From Chrysomallon squamiferum (Eukaryota; Animalia; Mollusca): a stretch of 64,000 nt of DNA. Shown here piece after piece: positions 39,729-54,772 of the stretch (its first letter is position 1; each line of letters begins with the position of its first letter). The stretch covers positions 13,578,001-13,642,000 of the forward strand of contig CM022666.1 in NCBI GenBank assembly GCA_012295275.1, read 5' to 3'. Both the position numbers and the translations under genes were made by a program. The notes beneath the pieces are model-generated. The model saw only the letters and a list, made by a program, of their open reading frames with translations, did not search any database and was not told the origin of the DNA.

Positions 39729-40848
39729 AACAATATATTATAAAAATCAATTTAGAATAATGTGTAATTCTGGTTAAATTATAAATGCTCCTGGGTTTTA
39801 GTTTGAATAAAGATACATCTTGAATCAAAGTCAAAACAACTTAACCACATTTTTTTCATACAGATGTCTTCTTGTAACTATAGTGAACAACAAAAGAAAT
39901 TGATGAACTGAAATATGAACGATTTTGTATTTTATAATTTTTATTTTTAATTTCTCTTTTGTGTTTAAAACCCTCTCTTTCATACTTTTTGACCAAAAAC
40001 TTGTTTCTGGGATCATAATGTTTATTTTATTGTTTTTGTTTTACTTCTTTCTTATTTTTGATATTATCTGGCTTTCCTTTGCTCTACTAATGGACTGACA
40101 TGATGCAGATGTGCATTTAAAATATGTATTATAGATATTCAACACATACAGTAACACAGGTATGTCATGCTGTGTACACAACAAACTGTGATGTCATTTA
40201 CTGCGTCATATTCAGACTTCTGTTTCAGGTTTCAACAGTAAAAATATTGAACTACATGATTTCTGAGTTATGTCCCTTCATCTTGAAAACGTATCAAATT
40301 GTAATAAAGCTATTAATAAAAGGAAACATTGTTTTCATCACTGTAAGGACATTGTAAGATGTATGTGGGGTGAGTAGAGTGGCTTGCACCAGATTTCCAA
40401 AAAAAGAAGAAGATTTTTAAAAATGTTTGTGACACTTTTTATCCAAGTTTAATTATGAGTGGAAATTTTGTATGTATAAAAATATACAAATTAGAAGAGT
40501 TGATTTGTCAGATATCAGTACTATGGAATGAGGATCATTTTGAGTTTTTTTTCTAATTGTTTTATTATTTATTATTATTTTTAAACACAATGTATATGTT
40601 ACATGCCTGATACATACATTCATACAGTATAAATAAAGAACTGAAAGCAAATTAATGTTCATTTTTTTCAAAAACTAACAAACATCCTGTTTGAGGTGGT
40701 GCAGGACAAAGGACTGCCCTTCCTAAAATTCACAGACATGATAAACATAACATAAATGTTATTATACCACAGTGTGATCAAAAAAAAAAAAAAAGGTTTT
40801 GCTAACTTCTAAAAGCTCTTGAATTGGCTATTTTTTATTTTTACAAAC

Positions 40849-40905
<57 letters not shown>

Positions 40906-41133
40906 TACACACAAAAACATGCATATACATTGCCACAGATTAAATACAGTAAAGTCTTCAATATCTGCTTCAGGGTACTGTTGGAACAGCACAGTATACT
41001 GCAAAATGAACTGAAATATTTATTTTTGCCTCCTTTATTTTCTCTGCAAATAGAGTACAATTTAAAAAAAAAAAGAAAAAGAGTAAATAAATAAATAATA
41101 TAATAATAATAACAGTAACTACAGTAATAATAA

Positions 41134-41340
41134 CTTGGACTAATAAAGGAGGACCTAGAGAAACTCATCAACAAGATCCCAGGTTACATCTCCAAAGCAG
41201 AACTAGAGAAGATCACTCTCCTAGGAACAGCACACACTAAGGAGGTTCTCTCTGTTCAGTAATCACTCTTTGTTCCTTTAGGTTCACAAGTTCACTGCAA
41301 GGACACGAGTACTTCAACAGTAGTCGACAAACTCAATGAT
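41134..41340 (+). mobile_element. 5'-truncated 3' end of an RLE-type non-LTR retrotransposon (Dong/R4-like) inserted in a (TAA)n tract
   Basis: Translates LGLIKEDLEKLINKIPGYISKAELEKITLLGTAHTKEVLSVQ*, which matches the typical C-terminus GALG.I...L......ELQK..LLGTAHILR. A short 3' UTR follows, and TAA repeats flank both sides. Confidence 0.75.
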
Positions 41341-44026
41341 AATAATAAAAGGACACGCAAAAATAACAAAAATTCAACAAACAAAACAGACAGAAAATAT
41401 TTTTTATTTCACATTTTAAATGCAAGATTTAACTAACCATCACCATCTGACCTGTAAAGCTGCTCATAATTATTCATTTATTTCCAACAAAACTGAATAT
41501 CAACATTATGATCAAAATATTTTTGTAAGTTTTAATTATTAATGTGCAGTGATGTGATTATGAAATTTAAAAAAAAAAAAAAAAAAACATTTATATGTGA
41601 AATGTAAATCTAGATGTTAGAATGCTAATTCTGGGTTGAATAATTAATAAATGGAAATAATGTATTGATTCTGATAGATTGCTATATGATATGTACCTGC
41701 AAATTTACACAGACATACACTCATATACATGTGCCTGTTCTTACAGAGAAGTTTATGTAGAGATACACACACACACACACACACACAACTAACAGTAAAC
41801 AGACTGTCACTTCCAGATTCTTTTCACAATAAAAGCAAACACCACTGTTAGATTACATGTAAAGCAAGACCAAATATTTCAATATTATGAATAAAATGAT
41901 AGGGTGTTTTTATTAGTTTTTATATGAATAAAGATGAAAGTGTTTTTGTTTCTAGTATTTTTACCTGTAGTTAAATAGTGCATCAATATATTAGTAAAAA
42001 GAAATTTTATCATTTACTATCAAATTAATGTCATGTCTTTGATTCTTGTTTTAATAATAAATTATTATATGTCAGTTAAGTGTAAGTGTTTTTAATGTAT
42101 GTATTGTTTGTTTTATACAAGTGAATGTATCTGTAAGTATATGTCTAAATGTATGTGTAAACTGGATTATTCCAAGCTTGGGCCCTTCACATTAATAAAT
42201 ATTCTTTAGCATTATCAAAAAAGCAGTATATGTAGCAATATTATATGAACACCACAAAAATAATACAGTTCAAAACAAAATCATGAGCCAAGGATGAAAA
42301 ATAGAAACAACAATAATCTGAATCTAAGTCCATCTATCTGAAAAAATCCAATCCGAATGATTGGTTACACATATATGTAATTCCACAAACTGAATCCATG
42401 TTTTAAAAAAAAAAAATAATAATAATTAAATAAATAAAAATAAGAAAAATAAACAAATAAAGGAGTGAAAAATTATGCACCAGTTTTTTTTTGTAACTTC
42501 AACACGTTTGCAAATTATTATTATTTTTTTTTAACCAATCAAAAATTATGAAACAGAAAATACTATTTCTGCAATTGATATTTTTCTCTTTACTTTTAAA
42601 ATCTGACAAAACTTCTTTCTGTTGAAAAGTTCAATTATTATTTAAATTTCAAAAGTAAATAAATAAACAATACTATGAAACATATTAATAATAACATTTC
42701 TTTTTATGAATTTATGAAAATCAATGAGCAAATTTATAAAGAATTACGTAAAACACCAAACATTTTCAAATAAAACTGAGACAAAATTTTACTTGTGTAA
42801 GTTTTGTTAGGAAAATGTCAGAACAGATTGTCTGGAGCAAACAAACTGTAAAAATAATCTGAACAGGAAGCAGTAACCATGATGCTTCAAACAAGTAGCT
42901 TGAATACTGTTAGTTATCTTGACAAGTAACTGTTGTATTCATTCACCAATCTGATAATACAATTAAAAACTCATGGATACTTGAAAACTAACATTTTTTT
43001 CATTGTTTAGTGACATCATACTGTCACCAAGTAGAGACAACTTCTGTGAAACAGTCAGGCCCCCCGAAAAGTTACTGAATCTCAAAAAAAAAAAAAAAAA
43101 AGTTCCAGAAATTATTTCTATCAATATTAAAGTCAATAAATCTTTAAAATGTTTCCTAACATTTACTTTTTTTTAATTTTGGAGGCCAGGTGATGTGTCT
43201 TTAAGGCTCGGAAGGCAGAGTTTGAAGATCTGGTCATTTTTACAGCAAGTTAAGACACACTGTGTTAAGTCAGTTTATTAAGAATATTTATCAAATTAGC
43301 ACAAACCATTTTGAACTGAATTTTAAAATATGATTTTAATGATGCATTCATTTATGAAAAAAGGTCCCTGATATAACTATTGTGCCATTGTTTTAAGACA
43401 AATATGCTGGTATATAATAGTAATAATAACAATAAGACAAGAAATTCTGGTCTTTAAAAGGGCTGTTTTTCTCCTTTATTCTTTTGTATTATGAAAAGAT
43501 GTATTTAAATTTTTTTCAGTGACTTTTAAGTAATGGTTTTCAAATGATTATCGTTCTATAAGTGGATAGTGCCATTTAATCTGAACTTGGAAAAAAAGTA
43601 AACAATAACTTGACATTGTATCAGACCAATGAAAATGTGATACAATACACAAAAATTCAATTATTGTTTATCGTCAGCACAGATCAAGATAAAATGAGTT
43701 CAGTCAACCTTTAATTTTTTCTGAATTTTATGCTAAACTGACTGATCTGCTAACTGAAAAGTTATCAAATCTAACATTTTTTTTTTTAGTTAAATATTTT
43801 TTTAATGCACCATAATCTGTAATTTCAAAACATAATGCCATCACAACTGAACACATTATCAACAAAATTAGTACGCATCACTGACTTTGGTATAAACTTA
43901 TTAAAAAAATTAATAAAATAATAAAATAATGAATTATGTTTTTCTGCAATATATATATAAGAAAAACTGTAAAAATAATTAATTTTAACAATATATAATA
44001 GTTTTAAGTCTGTAAGTTTGGACTGC

Positions 44027-45197
44027 TCAGCAATATTCCTGTCTCACAGTTTTCAGAATCAGGTTTGTTTGGTAGATCAGATAGTTTGCACTCAAGAAAA
44101 CATTGTGATTTCTGAAAAATAGAAATAAATAAATAAATAAATAAACAGTCATCAAAAAAATAACGATAATACAAATGCAAATAAATATAAAAACTGATTG
44201 AAATTAAACCCAACTTCATAAAACAGCAATAAATTATTTTTCTAAAATTTTGTAGTAGGTAAACATGCAGATAGGTTTAGATAAACACAGTCATGTGACC
44301 AGTAACAGTGTTTACTAATGCATTAAGTTGTATTTTTTTAGCTAAATTAAATATCAAAAGTTTGGTTGTGACTTGTCTGGGACTGAGAACCCATGGAATG
44401 TATCCTACCAAATTTATATTGCCCAGTTAAAAGAAAATCCTGTCTTATCTCCCATTGCCAATGCCATTAATGTAATTTACTTTCTTCATGAAACAGATTG
44501 CAGGTATAATGACTTTTCTTTTTAAACCATGACTGAGAATGACAGTTATATACAATAACAGTACATGTTCCATGAATATTCCATAAAGTTAATTGAGAAC
44601 ACATTTTCAAAGAAATACATGAGCTGGTATTTGTTCTTGAGTAAGAAGGGTAATAACATCACTTTGGAAGCTGTGTCTTACATTTTATAAATCATTTAAC
44701 ATTTTAACATGGTTTTCAAGAAACAAATTTGTCAGATATTTTTTTAATATTCCTGTTAATAATTAATCCAAATAAATAAATAAATTATTTTTAAACCTAC
44801 AGAATAACTCTAAATATAAATTATATATATAATCAGAAAAATATTTACTGGTCTGTAATGAATAAATCTGTCAAACATTCTTTGTAATCCTGAATCCAAA
44901 CAATACTTATAAATTATCAAGAATAACAACTAAACATCAGACAAAATAATCTACACATTACTTACTGATTTGTATCACGGAAATATTCTTTCAAAGTGTT
45001 ACTGAACTTCTTGGAATATCTAACAAACTCCTTTTTCCTGTCTTCCAGTATCTGAAACAAGTTTTCAGTTTCATATTTAAATGTCATTGTCAATATTATT
45101 TCTTTTATTTAATATCCTAAATGCGACAGACAGACAGACAGACAGAGAGAGATCTATCTATCTATCTATCTATAGTCTGTCTATCTATCTATCTATC

Positions 45198-45233
<36 letters not shown>

Positions 45234-46146
45234 TAGATAGATAGATAGATGGGGACAGAAAGAAACACACACAGATATTTATCAGTGTCAAAACAATAAT
45301 AATTTTGAATATATTAAATATATTTAGTTTTAGGGAGGAAGATAAAAACAGTCTTGCAAATAATAAATATAAACATATAAATATAAAATATATTACACGG
45401 GTAATAAGATAAGACCAAATGTTTATCTTATGTGAAGAAATAAACAAAATATAAAATGTAAAAAACATACTTTTAAACTGTAGAATGCATGTCCCAAAAA
45501 TTTGAATGCGTTGAACCACCGATTAATTTCCATAGTCAACCAATAAATGTTATAATACTACTACTAATATTATTAATCTTATTATTAGAAAACTTAAAGT
45601 TTATTCTATTTATACCTGTTTGCTTCCACTTTCTGTGAGAGGCATTTCATTGATTATTCTGTTCACAGCATCTAGCAGTGTTTTAATTGAATTAGCAATT
45701 AACCTGAAATAATTACAAAAGTAAATTAATCAAAAACAAATAGATAATGCACTTAGATTTGCATCAATCAGAAAAAGAAAACATGAACAGACACACACAC
45801 ACACACACACACACACCTTTGTAATTTTTCTTGTATGTTTTATCTCAAAAGAAGCTATTATCATATATAAATTATTTGTTTTAACTATTTAAAAATATAT
45901 ATATTGTACACAGATGAAAAGGTAAAGTAATATAATAATAAAAACAGTTCAGAAATTATTCATCATGGAAACTAAAAACCTACTTGATGGTCTCTAGGAA
46001 CTGTTTCCTATCGTAAATCTGATCGGGAATTCGACTCATGATCCGTTTTAGTTCAACTGCTCTTTGATTCAGTTCCTGAAACATGGGCTCAGACCTTGGT
46101 ATCCGGATTTCTTAAACAAAATAATAAATATAAAAATAATAACTAT

Positions 46147-46177
<31 letters not shown>

Positions 46178-46222
46178 TTGTATTAATTGATAAAAAGAAT
46201 CCAATTCTACTGATCACAGCCA

Positions 46223-46254
<32 letters not shown>

Positions 46255-47753
46255 GTGAATAATGACAATTACATTCCTCAGGTTCTGAAGTTACTGATAA
46301 TGGTGTTATTATGAAGTCCTTGTGCAGTTATAAATTTCTGTAACTTTTCTTTTACATATGATAAAAATAATCTTTAAAGAGTTTTAGAAAGATAATAAAT
46401 AATCTTTAAAGAGTTATCCATTTTTTACTTGTTGAAAGATAACTAATATGATTAGTCATGTTACCGAAAATAAACTGCAAAATATTATTGTAGAATATCT
46501 CAGTTTGTGGCCATATATATAGTTTAAAATCCAATGAACAAATATGTAAAAAAGTGTAAAAACATTCAGTTTTTTCCCCATTCACTATGAAGGGAAAGAG
46601 TTTGAAGTTTTTAACAGCAAAAATTCCTATAGACACTGTTTTTACAATATATTTTCTTTTCTTTCTTGAATTTTTTTTTTTAATCATCATTATTTTTTTA
46701 TATTATATTAAAAGAGAAAAATAATAAAAAAAAAAAAAACTTTGTAATACCTTCAGTTTCTGTAACTCCTCCAAGTCTCAGTAATGTTTCACACATTTCA
46801 ACTTTGTCAGTTATTTCTGCTTTACGTAGCAACCCAGCAACAAAGTCAAATGCCAGTCCTGGTAGGGTACCATCAGCCTGATTTCAAAAACAAATATATA
46901 TTAATTAATGGAAATGGAAATGGAAAAAAATTAACAATTAATCAGAGCAAGCTGTTTTTTATACTTTTGACAGGTGGTCATGAAAAGAGTTTTGGGTAGG
47001 GAAAGAATGGATTTTTAGCGATTCAGGACTCAGTGTTTAGTTCAATCCCCCCGTGATATCCGGCAAAACAGCCATACGGGTCATATTAAAATACAATTAC
47101 ATAATTTTTATACTTTATGGTATTTTTAGCTCTGCTCAGTGTTTAGTTCAATGAAAACCCAGGAAGTCTCTTTTAGATTAAACAGTTACTGAGAATGTAT
47201 AAACTGACTGCACATGTAAATACATACATCATCATCATCATCATTATCAATATCAGTAGTAGTAGTAGTAGTGGTGGTATTTCAATGTATTATTTGAAAT
47301 AGGAAATAAAAATTATAAAGATTGTTAAAGAAAGAATTTTTTTTTTTTGGAATTTTTGGAAGGCACTCTAATTTAGTAGAATTTACAGACACATAATTTT
47401 AAAACATCATGTAGTCATGACAACATTTACCTTATTAAAGGCAGCTCTCAAGGTATGTGCAGAAGAAATATCTTTCTTTTCCAGCTTAAAAAGAAAAAAA
47501 GAAAAAAATGGACATGATTCTTTTTATTTATCAACATCTATATATTATTTACTTATTTATTATTTTCTTTTACAAAATAAAAGCTTGATATCATTTCTTA
47601 TAATCATGTGATAAAACAAATCATTCTGATGGACACGAGAACTGTGTTGTTTCAGAGTTAACGGGTGTTATTTTTAGTTACCTTCTCCAAAACTGGTCCA
47701 ATGACAACATCGACAATGAGTTTTGCGTAAAGTGATTTGTCTCCCATTGTCAT
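44027..47753 (-). CDS. PDCD10: Programmed cell death protein 10 (CCM3)
   Basis: Exons 47753-47682 (MTMGDKSLYAKLIVDVVIGPVLEK), 47484-47431 (LEKKDISSAHTLRAAFNK), 46877-46751, 46110-45984 (FQELNQRAVELKRIMSRIPDQIYDRKQFLETIK), 45703-45616 (IANSIKTLLDAVN), 45051-44966 (LEDRKKEFVRYSKKFSNTLKEYF) and 44111-44027 (VFLSANYLIYQTNLILKTV..*). A probable non-coding exon ends at ~48395 (donor GTGAGT). Confidence 0.96.
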
Positions 47754-47923
47754 AGTGTGTTACAGACAGTCAGACAGGATGGACTCAGTGCTAGTACTTC
47801 TCAGTCAACTAACAAATTTTCGAAATCAGTGTCCTGGAGTCATCTGAAAAGAAACAAATATTACTCATGTAACAATGAAAGTTTTTCATTAAGATTTGAT
47901 CACAAATCAGAATTTTTATTTTA

Positions 47924-48326
47924 TACAATCAAGTTTCCAAAATTCAAACTATTCTGATCTGTACAAAAATTGAAACTTCTATACAATGGTCTTCAAAAAT
48001 TCAAATGGCAGTAACTTGAAATTCTCTATTTCTCGAAGTCATCTTGATGTCCCAGACTACTGATTAAAAATTAAACAGAAATTAGCTGAAATGGTCAAAC
48101 TATTGTTTCCCTTCGTAATTACAGAATAACAGGCAGTTGTATGTGCATATATATGTCAAATTCATTTGTGTTCTTTACTGACTTTGTTATTTCCTAAATA
48201 AACAAGGGCATATTTTTCTGGAATATGAAATGGATCATCTGTCAGAATTGTGGCAGATATTTGAATTTCGACACTTCAAACCATTTTGCTAAACCCTTCA
48301 GATTTGAATTAGTGAAATTTGACTAT
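47924..48326. mobile_element. Probable degenerate MITE (pogo/Tigger-like ends) in the PDCD10 5'-UTR intron
   Basis: Left end TACAATCAAGTTTCCAAAATTCAAACT resembles the reverse complement of the right end, TATAGTCAAATTTCACTAATTCAAATCT. There are internal TTCGAA/TTCAAA-like repeats and no ORF. Confidence 0.45.
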
Positions 48327-50327
48327 ATATAAATTTTCAATAAATAAGATCTAAATTTGTGTGTTGTTTGTTTGTGCATTTCTTTGTTACTCACACTGAA
48401 TGTGACAGTCCGTCGAAAAATGTAACTTATACTATAATCAACTTTATCATATTAATGTGTTATAAATATTTAACATTTGTTTTAAATACAAGTGTCTTCA
48501 GATTTTCAAAATTAATTTCGTTAAGACTTTAGTGACAGTAATATACAAATATATCTCTAAATGTGATACCGCATGCTGCCTCTGTTGAATATTTATTGTG
48601 AAAACTTAAACTGCGTTGAGTTCGACTTTCACACTTTCAGGCCATTACTCCTTAAATTATCTTCATAAAGTGTCATATTGACGGCGATGACATATATCAT
48701 CAACTCACTTCTTTAACATTTCGTGAAAAATGTAACATATATGTGAATTATTATCTGCAATTTTTGGTGACTGAAAACTGAAATGGTGAAAGTTAAATAA
48801 AATATTTAAATAATACAAATTAATAAAATGTAGACATCACACAATTTCAGTGTCTACAACCAGTAATCACAAATATTGTGGGAAAAAACCCCACTGAACC
48901 ATATTTATTTTAATTCACCTTACTGTACTTAAATTTAAAAATTAGGTACCAACCATTTTAGGAAAGACGGAATTAAATTTATACACAATAATGGGCGTCG
49001 TCCATTTACAAAGTCTCGATAAACAGACTCGTTATTTGTAAGCATTTTAAAAAAGAATTTTTGACGAACCGAGACTACAAACATAAATCAACCTCGGCAA
49101 TCATTTAGTTAGTTAGTTGCGCAAATGAAATTAATTTTAATGATATTTAATTTTGTACAGTTTATTTTACATTTAACCATAAATTTTAATGAGTGTTGTT
49201 TATTTATTTTGTTATTAAATTATATTATTGACTTTTTGGGTTTTTTTTTTTTTTTTTTCTTTAAGTCGATTACGGTAATTTATATTTACAAAAATTATTT
49301 TATTATATAATCTTTTGAAAGCGATATATTAATACAGTTTGTTGTTTTGTTTTTGTTAAGGTTTCATGATCTGTACTGATGATACATGACTGATAGTATT
49401 AACTATGCACCATGATAACAAACAGTTGTAAAATAACTGATATCTAATAATAACATATAATTGAATGTTTGTTAATAATGCACACTGGTTTATATCCTTT
49501 TTAGTTTCGTTCCTTCTTTTTATTTAAAAAAAAAAAAAAAAAAAAAAAAATGTTCTGCATTTAAAAAAAAAAAAAAAAAAAAAAAGTAATACATGATATT
49601 TACTTTTGCAAATACTTATTCAAATACATATTTAAAACATTTATTTATTTATTTAAATTTACTTTTTCGTTTATAAGTTTATGATTATTGTCAGTATTTT
49701 TTATTTATTTATTCCATTTTTATTCCTGTAGTTGCATTATATACATTTCAAAAACACTTATTTTAAAAATATATATAAAAAACTGCATTTGATGAAAATA
49801 ATAAATAAATATATAAATAAATAAATACACTCCAAGATTTAATGTATGAACATTTAGTTTCATATCATTTACACGCAATTTGTGTTAAATTGCTTAAAAA
49901 CAAAATTATTTGTCATTATAACGTTGTGACCATGTGAAGTATATTTCATTACTATAATAAATCAGTCTTTGCTAGAATCATAAGAGGTGTTAAAGTCACT
50001 GCTGGATCTAAGTTTATGTTCCAAAACGCTTTTTGTTTTTTTTCTCCCAATTTCAAAATTGTAAAATCAGAAAAAAGAATTAAACTTAAATGATATTTAC
50101 TGTGGTTAAAATAAAAGTTTAATTAATTATGCAATAAAGTTTAGTTATTAAAATACAAATTTCTCAAATTCTGAATGAAGATACATAGAAACAGAACTTC
50201 TTCGAATCCTTTCTATGGATATCAGATTATTTGTGGATTAAAGCTTAACACACGAATATGATATTTCTTATTGTATATATGTGTATGTAAGTATGTATGT
50301 ATGTATGTATGTATGTATGTATGTATG

Positions 50328-50383
<56 letters not shown>

Positions 50384-50830
50384 TAGACAGACAGACAGAC
50401 AGATAGACAGATGCACTTAAATTCTTTTCATGTATGTATCTGTTTATTAATGAATGCATCTATGTTCCTGTAATGTATACAATGTGTGTTAACGTTTATG
50501 CATGTGAATGTATAATAAATAACTTTATTTTTTCTCATTTAACCTTTTACTTAAGAGTTTGTAAGTCAATTTATGTTAGAAAAATTAAACATTTAGTAAA
50601 TGTTTATGAATGAAATATATATATATATATTTGTAAGTGAAATATTGAATACAGTTTTGGGGTTCTGTTTGGGTTGTTATTCCGTTTGTGATTTTTTAAT
50701 TCTTTTATTATGAAGTGACGTCAGTTCCGTTTTCTATGCTGTTTGTTCTGTATCCGTTGGGTATCCAAACTCCATAGATATAAAGCATTTTGTTGTTATT
50801 GTTATTGCTGTTGTTCCTATTTTGTTTTGT

Positions 50831-50907
<77 letters not shown>

Positions 50908-51309
50908 TAGTCTGTTAAATATTTTCGAGAAAGAGCTTGTAAAAAAGATGCAAGCGATATGGTCTCGGAAGTTGTAAATACAAACAAAATTTTTGGGTTT
51001 CTTGGAATTAAAGAAGTGATCATTTTCAGCAGTATATAGATACTGAAGAAATAATAATTGTCGTTAATGATAAAAAACAAAACAAAAAACATTCGACTTA
51101 AAATGAAATAAAATATTTTATTTAAATATTTTGCTTACAAACAAAATTATTTATTTTTTGGACAGGCCTATACACAGAAATCGGTGATCATTAATTAAAA
51201 CAGACACTCTTTGCCTACTATTTTTTGGAGAAATACTTAATGTCATCTTAATTTCAAAAAAATGTTATAATGATTTGTTTTGTTCTTTGAGTGACAGTTA
51301 CAAAATAGA

Positions 51310-52561
51310 TTATTTGTCCAATAAAGGAAAAAGAGGCGGAGCGTCGGGATTTTCGTGTTTTCCACGATAAGGAGGTGGAATCATTTCATGTTTATGAATA
51401 AGGTACTGAGAAAGGGAGGAGGTGTTTTCATTTGATGGACAGGAGCTTCGGGACTTTCTGGGTTTCCACGAAAAGGAGGTGGAATTTTCTTGTGTTTAGA
51501 AACGAGATAACGTGAGAGTGGGGGAGGAGTTTTCATTTGATGGACTGGAGCCAGTCTGTCATTTAAGGGGGATTTGAAGGCTGGTGGCATTCTGATGAGA
51601 GGAGGAGGTGTTTTTATTTGACGGACTGTGGACTTTCTGGTCTTCAACGGAAATTTGAACATTTTCAAATTTTCCGATGGTGGCTTTTTGCTCAGCGGAG
51701 GCGGCGTTTTCATTTGATGGACAGCTTGTACCTTTTCAGGTGCTTTGAAATCAGGATGGATGTGTGAAGGCATTTTAATCATCGGAGGTGGAGTTTTCAT
51801 TTCTGAGACGGGTTCCTCCTTATCTGTCAAAGATGGCGGCTTTTTCTCTTCACTTGGAGGAGATTTCATAACTTCTGATGGATGTATTGGTTGTTCTTGC
51901 TGTCTGAAGCTCGATACCTTTGTCATGGGGAAGGTTAAGTCAAAAGTCAACCAGTAAATGTGAAGTTTTCTACACAGTCCTGCAACTGAAGGCCCTGCTC
52001 TCTCGATAAGTTCCGCTAAGTCCATCAGTGTTCGAATAACCTGAGGTTCCTGTGATAAAATAATGAATAAATGAATGAATGGATGTATATGTTAAAGTGT
52101 ATCTTTGGTGATTCGAAGAAATATTTCTAATGTTTTATTTTCTTTTATAATTTTTTCTTTTTCTTTTCTTTTCTTTTATTTTAAATTCCATCTAATCTTA
52201 ATAATGCCATATTAAAAAAAAAAAAAAAAAAAAAAGAAAGACAATTTAAAAAGTATCATTTTTATGTAGTGGGCGGACATATTTTGTTAAGTGTTTTTTT
52301 CTGCTGCTGTCAGAAAACAATACAGTTTTCTATACGTTAACTACGCGATGACGTCACGACACCTTCTTCGGTCGTGCGGCATTATTCTCAAACTTACCAA
52401 ATAAACCCAAATAAATAAATAAATAAATAAAAAATTAAAACGTTTTAATATCTCACGTGCCTGTGTTTGTACAAAAAAAAAAAAAAAAAAAAATAAAAAA
52501 TAATAAAAAAAATAATAATAATAAAAATAATAATAATAAAATAATAATAATAAAATCTGAA

Positions 52562-52604
<43 letters not shown>

Positions 52605-52865
52605 ATGTCTATCTCTCTGTCTATCTGTCCATCTATGTACATTTTTGTTAAGTTAACTGTTATTATAGTAGCATAAAGCTGACAAATCTTTTCAGTGAAT
52701 GACAAACCTGGGAAGCTATGATGTCCATCTTGTCCTCGGTAGTCAGAAACCATTCAGGGTCAAAGTCGGTGATAAAACAAGCCTTTATTTGAGGCGAGGG
52801 GTCCTTGATTACCGTAAGTCCCTACAATAATAATAATAATAATGATGATGATGATGATGATGATG

Positions 52866-52902
<37 letters not shown>

Positions 52903-54002
52903 TACTAACAACAACAGTAACAATAACAACAACAAACAACGATGATGGTGATAACAACAACAGCAACAACGAAGATGATGATAACAATGATGATGATGAT
53001 GATGATGATGATAATAATGATGAGTAAGAAGAAGAAGAACAATAACAACAGAAGTGATAATAATAATGATCATGATAATGATTTTGATGGTGGTAATGCT
53101 GATGATAACAACAAATGATTAGGAATTAAAATATACAAACAAATAATAATTATCCAAAGTACCACTACTAGTTGAACTGCTTCTGCTACAACAGCTACTG
53201 TTTCTATTGTTACAGTTGCAGCTACTACTTCTGCTACAGTTACTGCAACTAATACTACATTTATTAGTACTACTTCAGCTACTACTGCAACAACAACTTC
53301 TACTACTGGTGTTGTTACTGCTGTTGTTATTATTTTTACTGCTACAACCAGAACTACAGAACTGGTATTTTACTGTCATAATTCCCAGCACCAGCGTATA
53401 GTAAGGTTAGCAGCACCAGTAGTAGTAGTGGTAGCAGTTGTAGTAGTAGTAATAGTAGTGATGGCTGGTGGTGGATGTGGTAGTAGGAGGACAGTCAAGA
53501 GTAACAGTGGTATAGTTGTGATGGTGGTGGTAGTAGTAGTAGCAGCAGCAGTGGTAGAAATAGTGGTAGTATCATAATTATTACATCTCCTTGTCTGTGA
53601 TACAAAATTATGTAAACGATAAAATAATTACTTTTATACGTAAGCCATTTATGAGGAAAATATTCACATGTTAATCATTACTGTAACTCGTAAGCAACAC
53701 ATACACACACACACAGAGACATTCACACAGACACATAGGGATATATCTGAACATATCTGTGTGTGTGTGTGTGTGTGTGTTTGTGTGTGTGTGCACAAGA
53801 TATCCTTGTAATGCAAACATATTTTCATATGGTACAACATCATAAAGAATAGGAAAATTATTTTAGAAAAGATCAAGGGAGTTTTTAGCATTGACAGAAA
53901 TAATGTTGTTACAGTGTGATATATTTTGAAAATGGCTGAGAGAAAAAATAGTAAAGGATTGAATAAAATCGAAAATTTAAATCCATATTGTCATTTTATG
54001 AG

Positions 54003-54051
<49 letters not shown>

Positions 54052-54686
54052 TATATACGTCAATTTGCAGTGCTGCTGAAAAATGAAATTATGGGATATT
54101 AGTACTGGCGAACCTATATGTAATAATGTGTTGCTTCTATTCTATGACTAAAGAACCCAGTTCATTAATCACTGTGTCATCTTGTTAAAACGGTCTGTTA
54201 TCGATAAAGCCGACATAATGAAACGATTAACCGACGTTTGGAAAGTAGTATTCTTAGTTTGTAAATCAAAATAACAATGTCGCTTGAAATATATAGATAA
54301 CTCTGAATGATTTATATTTAAAATCAGAGCGTGGGTGACAACTTTGGAGCCAAAATGTATACGGGGTTCACTAAAAAGTCTTCTGTATGTTTAAAAAACG
54401 ATAAAAGGATAGATGATTAATTATATGGCGGCCAAGGACTATCGCCGAACCTTTTTTTTTTTTTTGGAAAGGATTGCTATATTTGTCGTTTCCATCAGTC
54501 ATCAGAATTAAAATATATCAAATTGAAAGCTTGATTGGTTTGTACCGGGACTTGCTCTCTCCCATACATAAATGTTATGAATTAATGTGATCTGGCAACG
54601 AAAGTTATACGGAATATACGCCAATCCAATCAGTTTACATAATACAAAAACTGATAAAGCATATATCATTCATTAAAAACAGAAAT

Positions 54687-54772
<86 letters not shown>

